From IMG/VR virus record IMGVR_UViG_3300027744_000006, positions 1 through 33,718 of that record: DNA of 33,718 nt; one strand, 5' to 3'. The notes beneath the pieces are model-generated. The model saw nothing but the letters and a program-made list of their open reading frames with translations. It did not search any database and was not told the origin of the DNA. How positions within the stretch are numbered: position 1 is the first letter of the stretch; every line of letters begins with the position of its first letter. This DNA comes from a virus. Its lineage: Duplodnaviria; Caudoviricetes. Positions 1 through 6,914 of this stretch are shown here, piece by piece. Both the position numbers and the translations under genes were made by a program.

Positions 1-127
1 TCGGAACACATTGGGCGCTGGCCTTCCATGTGAACTGACCAGCGTTTGGGGCATCCTGGCACACTGCACATCAGGCGCTGAACATCGTCTAGCGGGTCTT
101 TTTTGGTGTCTGGTTTTACAAAGTTCA
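1..127. repeat. Terminal direct repeat, copy 1 (circular assembly overlap)
   Basis: 1-127 is identical to 33592-33718, and an ORF reads through the junction. Confidence 0.97.
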
Positions 128-889
128 TTTTTGGTACTTTCCATCAATTATCTTGGCGAAATTGGTTGCGTTCACTATCCACACCAGATCAGGTCGCCAT
201 GTCCTGTCCTTGGTTTCGAACCCGTTTGCCAGCTTGGTATCGTTAGCAATGTAGGCAAAAAACGAATCCCACCACGCCAACCCATCCGATTGGCTTGCAT
301 ACCCCTGTGGGCTAAATACAGACGGTTTGGCGGCTTGCAACCACCTTTGCCGTAGGTTGGTCTGCCTGACCCCATCCCACACCCTTGGCTGGGCAAGCTG
401 TGGCAAATGCTTTTTGTAAAGATTCAAAATGTCCTGATGGGGGCAAGTCGGCAACCCTGCCGACAAAGAATCTTTAGATTCTTTATATATATTGGTTAGT
501 GGTTTATGGTTAGTGGTTAGTTGAACGTCTGTTGAACTGCTGTTGAACACCTGTTCATCACCTGTTGAACTGTTGTTCTTTCTGCGTTCAGCAGATGCTC
601 GACCAGCGTTGGATTTTTTCTCAAGAAATGCGCGGTAATCGGCAATTTCTTGATCGCATCTTGTGTGATGCCAACCGCTTTCTGCCAACCAAAAAAATGA
701 ATCCAAAAGCAAATCTATTTCTTCAACAGTTGTGCCAATCTGAAAAGCCAAAACTTTAGTGTCAGTCTTCAGTGGTTTTTCTGTGTCGTAATACATCCAC
801 AAAAGCCGCAAATAGGCCATTGATTGACCATCAGTAAGCCTTGCCGTGGCTTTGATAAAGTCACCAATGTGGTGCTGGTAATAGTGCAT
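125..889 (-). CDS. YdaU/DUF1376-family replication initiator (lambda O-like)
   Basis: N-terminus MHYYQHHIGDFIKATARLT..AYLRLLWMYYDTEKPL is typical of DUF1376. It lies downstream of a Cro-like gene and contains iterons. ATG889 is preferred because AAGGT precedes it. Confidence 0.85.
   Translation of the reverse strand: MHYYQHHIGDFIKATARLTDGQSMAYLRLLWMYYDTEKPLKTDTKVLAFQIGTTVEEIDLLLDSFFWLAESGWHHTRCDQEIADYRAFLEKKSNAGRASAERRKNNSSTGDEQVFNSSSTDVQLTTNHKPLTNIYKESKDSLSAGLPTCPHQDILNLYKKHLPQLAQPRVWDGVRQTNLRQRWLQAAKPSVFSPQGYASQSDGLAWWDSFFAYIANDTKLANGFETKDRTWRPDLVWIVNATNFAKIIDGKYQK
481..574. repeat. Putative replication origin: iterons, 7-mer repeats and an AT tract
   Basis: GTTGAAC at 520, 531, 542, 553 (variant GTTCATC) and 564, an exact 11-bp period. 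Four TGGTTAG-like units at 493-520. AT tract at 482-492. All lie inside the initiator gene, as in lambda O. Confidence 0.75.
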
Positions 890-895
890 TTTTTT

Positions 896-990
896 ACCTT
901 TTTCACGCACCTTTGAAAAGAAACGGCGGCAGGGGAAGGTGTAACCCTTTTCGGTCTGCTCATGACTTCAGACCTAGCCGTGTTTCAAAC
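896..990 (-). ncRNA. Candidate structured cis-regulatory leader RNA of the initiator gene
   Basis: Nested stems GAAAC/GTTTC, CGGC/GCCG, GGTCTG/CAGACC and GGG/CCC. The loop CACCTT is complementary to downstream AAGGTG/AAGGT. A -10-like TAAGAT sits at 992-997. Confidence 0.55.
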
Positions 991-994
991 AATC

Positions 995-1150
995 TTACAT
1001 TGAAAACCACTCAGGACGCAATACCATCAATTGCCAAATCCTCGCTTGGGGGACAGTTTTCCATTGGGAAACCGCCGATTGGTGGATGCCCAAGATTCTG
1101 GCAAGCTCAGTCTGTGAGCCAGCCAATGCAATAAATTTGTCCTTGTTCAT
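995..1150 (-). CDS. cro: Cro/YdaS-like HTH regulator, 51 aa (not in ORF track)
   Basis: Manual translation MNKDKFIALAGSQTELARILGIHQSAVSQWKTVPQARIWQLMVLRPEWFSM shows the HTH signature ELARILGI-QSAVSQW. Confidence 0.88.
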   Translation of the reverse strand: MNKDKFIALAGSQTELARILGIHQSAVSQWKTVPQARIWQLMVLRPEWFSM

Positions 1151-1177
1151 TCTTGGATTCTACATTAGGGCACTAAT
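1151..1177 (-). promoter_or_regulatory. Leftward (cro) promoter, probably leaderless, with operator O1
   Basis: TAGAAT (1162-1157), then 6 nt, then ATG, with no SD. Palindrome ATTAG-GGCA-CTAAT at 1164-1177. Confidence 0.6.
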
Positions 1178-1187
1178 ACCCTTACGC

Positions 1188-1217
1188 TTGACTGGGATAT
1201 ATCAGTTAGCTGATAAT
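1188..1217 (+). promoter_or_regulatory. Rightward sigma70-type early promoter with operator O2
   Basis: TTGACT-N18-GATAAT. Palindrome TATCAG-TTAG-CTGATA at 1200-1215 overlaps the spacer and the -10. Confidence 0.7.
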
Positions 1218-1266
1218 CACGCCATGCCCTAGCACAACGCATAAGGGTCTTTTCGAAAGTATCAAG

Positions 1267-1485
1267 ATGATTACAGCAATTGAAACCCAAGCAATTTATG
1301 CAAAGTATGACATTGACTTGTCACCAGCAGAAATTATTGAATTTACTGCTGACGCAAATGAATGGGAAATTAAAGACACGCGCAACCTTACTGCCCATGA
1401 ATGGGTCATGCGTTGGGCAAAATCTGACGCTTTTGAAAATGGTTGGAATCCATCTTTTTCTGAGCGCCTTGAATACGAATATTGA
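1267..1485 (+). CDS. Hypothetical early protein, 72 aa
   Basis: First ORF after the rightward promoter, with plausible composition. Confidence 0.7.
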   Translation: MITAIETQAIYAKYDIDLSPAEIIEFTADANEWEIKDTRNLTAHEWVMRWAKSDAFENGWNPSFSERLEYEY

Positions 1486-1487
1486 CC

Positions 1488-1607
1488 ATGTACGACCTTG
1501 ATTATGAGGAATGGCGGTGGGGACAAATCCTCACCCGCCAAACAGATTACAACCCCGACAACCAACCACAGGATGAAGAAGATGAAATACCCCAGAACAA
1601 TGAATGA
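1488..1607 (+). CDS. Small acidic protein, 39 aa (not in ORF track)
   Basis: MYDLDYEEWRWGQILTRQTDYNPDNQPQDEEDEIPQNNE starts 2 nt after the previous stop and fills the gap. Confidence 0.55.
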   Translation: MYDLDYEEWRWGQILTRQTDYNPDNQPQDEEDEIPQNNE

Positions 1608-1749
1608 GGCATTTCCCCACACCGTGGAGTATGGCGCAGCCATAGAAATCCACGTTGCCCAACATTCCACTGGCGACAAAGTTATCAGGGTTTTGGCCTT
1701 GGTTGCTTTGGTTGTGCTTTGCCTTGATATTTTTATTTGGAGACCGTAA
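1582..1749 (+). CDS. Small membrane protein with C-terminal TM helix
   Basis: MKYPRTMNEAFP...VIRVLALVALVVLCLDIFIWRP. TAATG coupling to the next gene. Start codon uncertain. Confidence 0.7.
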   Translation: MKYPRTMNEAFPHTVEYGAAIEIHVAQHSTGDKVIRVLALVALVVLCLDIFIWRP

Positions 1750-1946
1750 TGAACGCCAACGAAATCATTGACAACATCAAATTTGTTGCTGACAAACAGT
1801 ATGAAGGCGAACCCGCACGAAACCGCTTGGCCTATCACGTTGGGCTTTTGGAGTCGCACTTGCGTACGCACATCAACCTTGTGGAAACCGCCCAGGAATA
1901 CATCAAAGAACTGGAAATGCGCTTGATTGCAAAGGAATCGGAATGA
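1749..1946 (+). CDS. Hypothetical protein, coiled-coil C-terminus
   Basis: Coupled to neighbours at both ends (TAATG, ATGA). Confidence 0.75.
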   Translation: MNANEIIDNIKFVADKQYEGEPARNRLAYHVGLLESHLRTHINLVETAQEYIKELEMRLIAKESE

Positions 1947-2209
1947 AGATGATCACCTATTCACTTTTGTGCTGGATGGCCTGGGTAACCGCTGGTTGCT
2001 CAAGTCTGTCAGCGCCACAAGCGCCCAATCAGGATTTGATTGTTGACAAACAAGTGCAGCCGATGGGCAGAAATGAGGTGATTGATGCTGTGCGCCAGTG
2101 CGAATCCTCTGGCCTCCGCGCCATCCCGCTATACGCCAAACGCAAGATCAATGGCTACACAGTTGAGACTGTTGTTGAAGTCACTTGCGGCCCCAAATAC
2201 GCTTACTAA
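1943..2209 (+). CDS. Predicted lipoprotein
   Basis: Signal peptide with lipobox-like VTAG-C, plus two further Cys in the mature part. Confidence 0.72.
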   Translation: MKMITYSLLCWMAWVTAGCSSLSAPQAPNQDLIVDKQVQPMGRNEVIDAVRQCESSGLRAIPLYAKRKINGYTVETVVEVTCGPKYAY

Positions 2210-2218
2210 GGAAACATC

Positions 2219-2848
2219 ATGAAAGTTTATAAAGCAATTAACGCTGTCCAGGCTGAATTGTCATCTGTTGGCATTACAAAAGACCGCAGGAATATGCAAG
2301 GCAGCGGTTATAACTTTAGGGGGATTGACGATGTTTACAACGCAATTGCGCCCCTATTGGCAAAGCACAGCCTTTGCATTCTGCCTCGTGTGCTTGCGCG
2401 AGAGTGTATTGAGCGCATCAGCAAGTCGGGTGGCGCATTATTTTATGTGACTGTTGAGGTTGAGTTTGATTTTGTCTCAGCAGATGACGGGTCAAAACAC
2501 ACCGTTAAAACATTTGGTGAGGCAATGGATAGTGGAGACAAAGCCACCAATAAAGCTATGTCAGCCGCGTACAAGTATGCAGCCTTTCAAGCCTTTAGCA
2601 TCCCCACAGAATCAGACAATGATGCAGATGCCCATACTCATTCTGTTTCTGCATCTCGCCCTGCGCCACAGATTGACGCTGGAATGATGGCAGACCACAT
2701 TGCAGCCATTGATGCCAGCGCAAACAAAGAAGAACTGCAAGCCGCTTACAAAGCCGCCTATGACGCTTGCAATGGCGACCAAACATGGATTGCCAAGGTC
2801 ATCAAAGCAAAGGCAGACCGCATCGCAAAAGCAAAGGAAAAAGCATGA
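2219..2848 (+). CDS. erf: ERF-family ssDNA annealing protein
   Basis: YNFRGIDDVYN...GEAMDSGDKATNKAMSAAYKYAAFQAFSIP..DND motifs. It sits near an exonuclease. Confidence 0.9.
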   Translation: MKVYKAINAVQAELSSVGITKDRRNMQGSGYNFRGIDDVYNAIAPLLAKHSLCILPRVLARECIERISKSGGALFYVTVEVEFDFVSADDGSKHTVKTFGEAMDSGDKATNKAMSAAYKYAAFQAFSIPTESDNDADAHTHSVSASRPAPQIDAGMMADHIAAIDASANKEELQAAYKAAYDACNGDQTWIAKVIKAKADRIAKAKEKA

Positions 2849-3024
2849 GAAAAAAGAAAGAAATCGGTCTTGAGGAAATAACCCTCAAAGACTTTATCGC
2901 TATCTTTGCCATGCAAGCACTGTTGTCTGATTCTGATTGGCGCTCTGATATGGATTTTAATGATACGGCAGTTGCCGCTTTCACAATGGCTAACGAAATG
3001 ATGGAGGCACGAAATGGAAACTGA
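2845..3024 (+). CDS. Conserved small phage protein (TLRDYFAAxAMQ-like family)
   Basis: ITLKDFIAIFAMQALL...AFTMANEMMEAR. ATGA overlap with erf. Confidence 0.72.
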   Translation: MRKKKEIGLEEITLKDFIAIFAMQALLSDSDWRSDMDFNDTAVAAFTMANEMMEARNGN

Positions 3025-3643
3025 AATTATCCAAGGGTCTAGTGAATGGTTTTACCAACGTTTGGGAAAAGTCACCGCCAGCAGGGTGGCAGATGTAATC
3101 GCCAAGACAAAAACGGGTTACAGCACCAGCCGCGACAACTACATGGCCCAGCTTGTGGTGGAACGCCTGACCTTTACCAAACAAGAGTCATACACGAATG
3201 CCGCCATGCAATGGGGCACAGAACAAGAACCATTTGCACGGGCAGCTTATGAGGCCGCACAAGGCGTTATGGTTGAGGAAGTGGGGTTTGTGCGTCATCC
3301 AACAATTGAGTGGGCTGGTGCGTCCCCTGATGGGCTTGTGGGGGACAATGGATTGGTGGAGATCAAATGCCCAAATACGTCCACCATGATTGAAACGCTG
3401 CTATCCCAAAAAGTGCCTAGCAAATACATCACCCAGATGCAATTTCAAATGGCTTGCACAGGGCGCAAATGGACTGACTATGTTTCATTTGACCCCAGAA
3501 TGCCAGCCAAGGCGCAAATGTTTGTCAAACGGGTTGACCGTGATGACAAATACATCGCAGAGATTGAAGCAGAGATTGTCAAATTTCTTGCCGAAGTTAA
3601 ATCCCAAGTTCAACAACTCAACGCAATCATTGAAAGCAAATAA
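3014..3643 (+). CDS. YqaJ/lambda-exonuclease family protein
   Basis: QGSSEWFYQRLGKVTAS, AMQWGTEQE, GASPDGLV, EIKCP and YITQMQFQM motifs. Confidence 0.95.
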   Translation: METEIIQGSSEWFYQRLGKVTASRVADVIAKTKTGYSTSRDNYMAQLVVERLTFTKQESYTNAAMQWGTEQEPFARAAYEAAQGVMVEEVGFVRHPTIEWAGASPDGLVGDNGLVEIKCPNTSTMIETLLSQKVPSKYITQMQFQMACTGRKWTDYVSFDPRMPAKAQMFVKRVDRDDKYIAEIEAEIVKFLAEVKSQVQQLNAIIESK

Positions 3644-3885
3644 TGTCTAAAGTCAAAAAAGAAATTACCGCCATCGTGGGCCAGTACACCAACAAAGAGG
3701 GCCAGCAAAAGAACCGTTATCAGCGCATTGGGTCAATCATTGAAACCCGCAATGGCGAAATGCTCAAACTGGACGTTATCCCTTTGAAGGAAAACGGCTG
3801 GGACGGGTGGGCATATTTGAATGACCCCAAGCCCTACGAACCCAAGGGCTTGCCAGCAGATAACGATGACGATCTGGCGTTCTAA
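3643..3885 (+). CDS. Putative single-stranded DNA-binding protein
   Basis: Beta-rich small protein with an SSB-like acidic tail (DNDDDLAF), located in the recombination module. Confidence 0.65.
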   Translation: MSKVKKEITAIVGQYTNKEGQQKNRYQRIGSIIETRNGEMLKLDVIPLKENGWDGWAYLNDPKPYEPKGLPADNDDDLAF

Positions 3886-3887
3886 CC

Positions 3888-4187
3888 ATGTTTGATTTCA
3901 TATTCCCGCGAGTGCGTAAATCTGACCCGCTGACCTCGTTTGTGGCAGCGGATTCAGCCAAAGAATTGGCTAAAAAGCACGGTTCAATCATTGTTCAATG
4001 CCTTGTCCAGCACGGGCCATTGGGCAAGGATGGAATTGCTACCCACACGGGTCTGGATGGCAATCAAGTGGCACGGCGTTTAAAAGAACTTGAAACGCTG
4101 GGCTGGATTGAGTTAACAGGCAAAACAGTTGCATCTAAATCAAAGCGCCAGGAAAGGGAATGGCGCACAACTTTAGTGAGGGTTTGA
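3888..4187 (+). CDS. Winged-HTH DNA-binding protein
   Basis: RKSDPLTSFVAA motif followed by IATHTGLDGNQVARRLKELETLGWIE. Confidence 0.75.
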   Translation: MFDFIFPRVRKSDPLTSFVAADSAKELAKKHGSIIVQCLVQHGPLGKDGIATHTGLDGNQVARRLKELETLGWIELTGKTVASKSKRQEREWRTTLVRV

Positions 4188-4188
4188 C

Positions 4189-4488
4189 ATGAATGAAGAA
4201 GATGAAGCATTTGAGGATTTAGCAAAACGACAAGGGGATTGGGGTATGCAGGGGTCACGCAAGCACCAGATCATGCGGTACGCTGAAAATGTTGAACCAA
4301 AGGAGAATATGAATAAACCAATTACATCCAAAAAATTTGCATCAGACCTGTGGGGCGTAATTCAAATGGCGATTGAAGAAGCAGTCTTGGCAGAGCGTGA
4401 GGCGTGTGCAAAGGTGGCAGATGGATGGCCCGACTACGATGTACAGGGATTGGCGGAAGCCATAAGAGCAAGGGGAGAACAAGCATGA
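4189..4488 (+). CDS. Hypothetical protein (EREACAKV motif)
   Basis: AEREACAKVA..LAEAIRARGE is common in proteobacterial phage early regions. Confidence 0.7.
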   Translation: MNEEDEAFEDLAKRQGDWGMQGSRKHQIMRYAENVEPKENMNKPITSKKFASDLWGVIQMAIEEAVLAEREACAKVADGWPDYDVQGLAEAIRARGEQA

Positions 4489-4559
4489 CAAGCTATTGCG
4501 TGTACTGCAAACGCCCTGTTTTTACCATATTGACCAAGTGTAGGAGTTGCGGAAAATGA
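4485..4559 (+). CDS. 24-aa CxxC-CxxC micro-protein (not in ORF track)
   Basis: MTSYCVYCKRPVFTILTKCRSCGK. SD GGAG upstream, ATGA overlaps at both ends. Confidence 0.6.
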   Translation: MTSYCVYCKRPVFTILTKCRSCGK

Positions 4560-4702
4560 CTGACAAAGAAGTAATGAAAGAGGGCTACTACTGTGTGATA
4601 TGCGGCAGGTTTCTACCAGCAGATGAACATGGTGTCATCGTGCATGATGACATTGAGCACCCACAAGAGATTGATTTTGGAGATGAGGAGAAACCACAAT
4701 GA
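4556..4702 (+). CDS. 48-aa CxxC..HxxxxH protein (not in ORF track)
   Basis: MTDKEVMKEGYYCVICGRFLPADEHGVIVHDDIEHPQEIDFGDEEKPQ. ATGA overlaps at both ends. Confidence 0.65.
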   Translation: MTDKEVMKEGYYCVICGRFLPADEHGVIVHDDIEHPQEIDFGDEEKPQ

Positions 4703-4950
4703 TTTTTAAGTCTCAAACCATGCGTCAAATCATGGCAACCATGATGGAGGTAGAAGATAAGTGGCAACACAGCAAGTGGGTAGACAAAAGCGAACTGATA
4801 AACCCGGATGCACCTGTTGTCATTCAAGTTGGTGATTATGGATATGAGGTTCAAAGCATTGGAGGTGACGGTGACATTGATGGATTCGTCATCATGTGCA
4901 AAGAAGAACCCGTGTGCAAGTGGGAAGACATGGAGTTCATCAAGTTATGA
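4699..4950 (+). CDS. Hypothetical acidic protein
   Basis: SD GAGGAG upstream, ATGA coupling. Confidence 0.75.
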   Translation: MIFKSQTMRQIMATMMEVEDKWQHSKWVDKSELINPDAPVVIQVGDYGYEVQSIGGDGDIDGFVIMCKEEPVCKWEDMEFIKL

Positions 4951-5153
4951 GCATAGAAGCAATGAAGCTGGCGCTTTTTGCATTGGACATTGTGAAAATA
5001 CATTACACACAAAACCGCCACATAAATGAAGCCATCGCCGCACTCAAAGAACGATTGGCACAGCCAGAGCAAGAGCGCAACTTTTGCTCACGATGCGGCA
5101 AGCGCACCAAAGACTTGACCCACATTCACACTTGCACACCACCAAAGGATTGA
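4947..5153 (+). CDS. Hypothetical protein with C-terminal CxxC..HTC zinc motif
   Basis: MSIEAMKLAL...ERNFCSRCGKR..IHTCTPP. ATGA overlap. Confidence 0.72.
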   Translation: MSIEAMKLALFALDIVKIHYTQNRHINEAIAALKERLAQPEQERNFCSRCGKRTKDLTHIHTCTPPKD

Positions 5154-5154
5154 C

Positions 5155-5250
5155 ATGATGGGTTTGTTTTTGGTCTTGTGCCTAGGCGCTGCCGTTGTGG
5201 TGGCAGTCGCCTGGGTATTCGTTCAGATACTGCTATGGATGGAGGAATAG
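5155..5250 (+). CDS. 31-aa single-TM peptide (not in ORF track)
   Basis: MMGLFLVLCLGAAVVVAVAWVFVQILLWMEE. AAGGA upstream. Its 3' end overlaps the 3' end of the lysozyme gene. Confidence 0.55.
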   Translation: MMGLFLVLCLGAAVVVAVAWVFVQILLWMEE

Positions 5251-5712
5251 CGCCCGTTCATCTTGGCGGCGTTTAACCAGCCCTGGCAGGACTTTGCCGC
5301 CGCCCTTGGTGTACTTTAGAAATTCATCCGCAGCACCCGCCTTGTCGCCTCTAAGAACCTTCTGGCGTAGCGTTGAACGCTGGGTTGTTCCCAGGCCGCA
5401 GTTAAAAGAAAAACTAACAAGGCTATCAAACATCCCTTGGCTGAGATCGACAGGAAATAAAGTGTGTACTCCACGTTCAAACCTTGTGAGATCGTTTCTG
5501 AGAATGGCATTTACTTCTTCTGCTGAAAACCTGCGATTATCTTCTGGGCGTAGCTGATAACCATCTCTTTGATCAACAGGCATCTTGCCTTGATCTGGGT
5601 AAAGTACATGACCAACTCCAATCGTCCAAAGTTTTGCTGGGCAACGGTAAGGCTTAAACCTCACCCCTTCATGGTGTTTGACCATCTCAACAGCTTCAAG
5701 GCTGATGTTCAT
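5233..5712 (-). CDS. Endolysin, GH24 phage lysozyme
   Basis: HEG..KPYRCPAKLWTIGVGH (E-x8-C-x5-T), FDSLVSFSFNCG and LPGLVKRRQDE. ATG5712 overlaps the upstream stop. Confidence 0.95.
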   Translation of the reverse strand: MNISLEAVEMVKHHEGVRFKPYRCPAKLWTIGVGHVLYPDQGKMPVDQRDGYQLRPEDNRRFSAEEVNAILRNDLTRFERGVHTLFPVDLSQGMFDSLVSFSFNCGLGTTQRSTLRQKVLRGDKAGAADEFLKYTKGGGKVLPGLVKRRQDERALFLHP

Positions 5713-6212
5713 TTTTTGAACGCTTGACCGCCAAACCAAAAACTGACAATGCAAGCCCAGATGATTTGTGTTTCATCATCCCACAAGTGGTTTAGCGCCA
5801 CATCAAAAGCCACATCGGTATGCCAAGCATAGTAAAAACCAAAGATTTCAACAAACATAAACATCACAAACATCCCGTAAGTAATGACCGAACGGGTTGC
5901 CGCCCTCATGTTGATCACCCAGGTTGATGCACCTTGGCCCAGCGCCACATCATGGGCGTACAGGGCTTGGCGTTCTTGCATGGCGGTCTGGGCATTGGTG
6001 ACTTCTGCGTTGATTTGTATCTGCTCAGTCTGAATGTGTTCGATGCGCTCTTGCGCTTCTAGGCCAGCTTTTTTTAGGGTCAGTTCCCGTTCTGTCTGCA
6101 TTGCCGCCAGCGCCAGTTCATGTTTCTTGTCGGCACGGTCTTGAATAAATTCAAGAATTTTGGGCAGACCGCCCATCAGAAAACTGACTAGGGATGAAAA
6201 CAGGGTTAGCAT
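5709..6212 (-). CDS. Holin-like membrane protein (3TM-holin-like C-terminus)
   Basis: Two C-terminal hydrophobic segments with RAATRSVITY and IVSFWFG, adjacent to the endolysin. Confidence 0.6.
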   Translation of the reverse strand: MLTLFSSLVSFLMGGLPKILEFIQDRADKKHELALAAMQTERELTLKKAGLEAQERIEHIQTEQIQINAEVTNAQTAMQERQALYAHDVALGQGASTWVINMRAATRSVITYGMFVMFMFVEIFGFYYAWHTDVAFDVALNHLWDDETQIIWACIVSFWFGGQAFKK

Positions 6213-6215
6213 TTT

Positions 6216-6671
6216 TTAACCTTTTAAATCAAAACTTAGATTTGCATGGCGGGGGTACTGCACAACACGCTCACCCTCGGGGCATTTGTATTTGATGGTT
6301 GCCAACAAAGTTGCCTTGCCTTCAGCAATTTTTTCTTTTTTCACCATTGTGAGTTGATAGGTAAAGGTGTCAATCTCTGGCCCTGCTGGGCCGCTGAATC
6401 GGCTTGCCGTGGTGGTAGCCTCATGCACCATACCCGCCGCATCCCGAATGCTTGGCGTAAAACTTTCAACAGAGCAGTCATCCCGCTTTTTGATTCGTGC
6501 AACAGTAACGTTAATGGGTTGCCCAGCCTCTGCCACAATTTTAAAATGCTCTGGTGACCATTCAAGAATGGCCCGATCAAACCAGCCAAACTTGTCGGCT
6601 AACGTGTAACTGCCACCCAGTGCGGCAACGCTTGCGGCAACAGCGCCAATGGCTTTGGTTAAGTCAATCAT
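6216..6671 (-). CDS. Membrane-anchored protein of the lysis cassette
   Basis: N-terminal hydrophobic anchor followed by a beta-rich domain with 2 Cys. Confidence 0.7.
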   Translation of the reverse strand: MIDLTKAIGAVAASVAALGGSYTLADKFGWFDRAILEWSPEHFKIVAEAGQPINVTVARIKKRDDCSVESFTPSIRDAAGMVHEATTTASRFSGPAGPEIDTFTYQLTMVKKEKIAEGKATLLATIKYKCPEGERVVQYPRHANLSFDLKG

Positions 6672-6683
6672 GCTTTTCCCAAA

Positions 6684-6914
6684 TTAATTTGATTTGCCAA
6701 TCCAATGGGACACATAGCCCATTGCACTAGATATGGCAGACACCAGCGCCATGCCAGCCCAGAACCCGCCTCGACCCTGATTGGCAAGGGCCACTAGTTG
6801 TTCTAGCTGGCCCTCCATCTTGGTCATCTTCTTGTCCATGTCATCAAATCGGCGCTCGTAATCCTCGACCTTTTGCCAAAGTACGCCATATTTAACAAGG
6901 TCAATGTCTGCCAT
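6684..6914 (-). CDS. Coiled-coil plus C-terminal TM protein (holin/XhlA-like)
   Basis: Heptad N-terminus, then RGGFWAGMALVSAISSAMGYV. TGATG overlap. Confidence 0.65.
   Translation of the reverse strand: MADIDLVKYGVLWQKVEDYERRFDDMDKKMTKMEGQLEQLVALANQGRGGFWAGMALVSAISSAMGYVSHWIGKSN

Noticed and set aside
1-127. 127-bp terminal repeat as a biological DTR
   Set aside because: The length equals a common assembler k-mer, the repeat falls mid-gene, and a PBSX-type terminase suggests headful packaging. It is most likely an assembly overlap.
493-574. CRISPR-like array
   Set aside because: Units are 7 and 11 bp with no unique spacers. They are better explained as iterons.
769-963. 64-aa minus-strand ORF as an independent gene
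   Set aside because: No SD, overlaps the initiator out of frame, and has no recognisable motif. Kept only as a possible leader ORF.
945-975. Hammerhead ribozyme in the initiator leader (CTGA...GAAA)
   Set aside because: The sequence is CTGAAGT rather than CUGAnGA and lies within a stem, so the core topology does not fit.
1226-1260. nut-like (boxB/boxA) site after the rightward promoter
   Set aside because: The hairpin is weak, the boxA match is poor, and no N-like gene was identified.
1296-1871. 191-aa minus-strand ORF as a CI repressor
   Set aside because: No HTH or peptidase motif. It is antisense to a coupled chain of plus-strand genes.
6341-6589. Embedded Rz1-like o-spanin
   Set aside because: No signal peptide or lipobox, and not Pro-rich.
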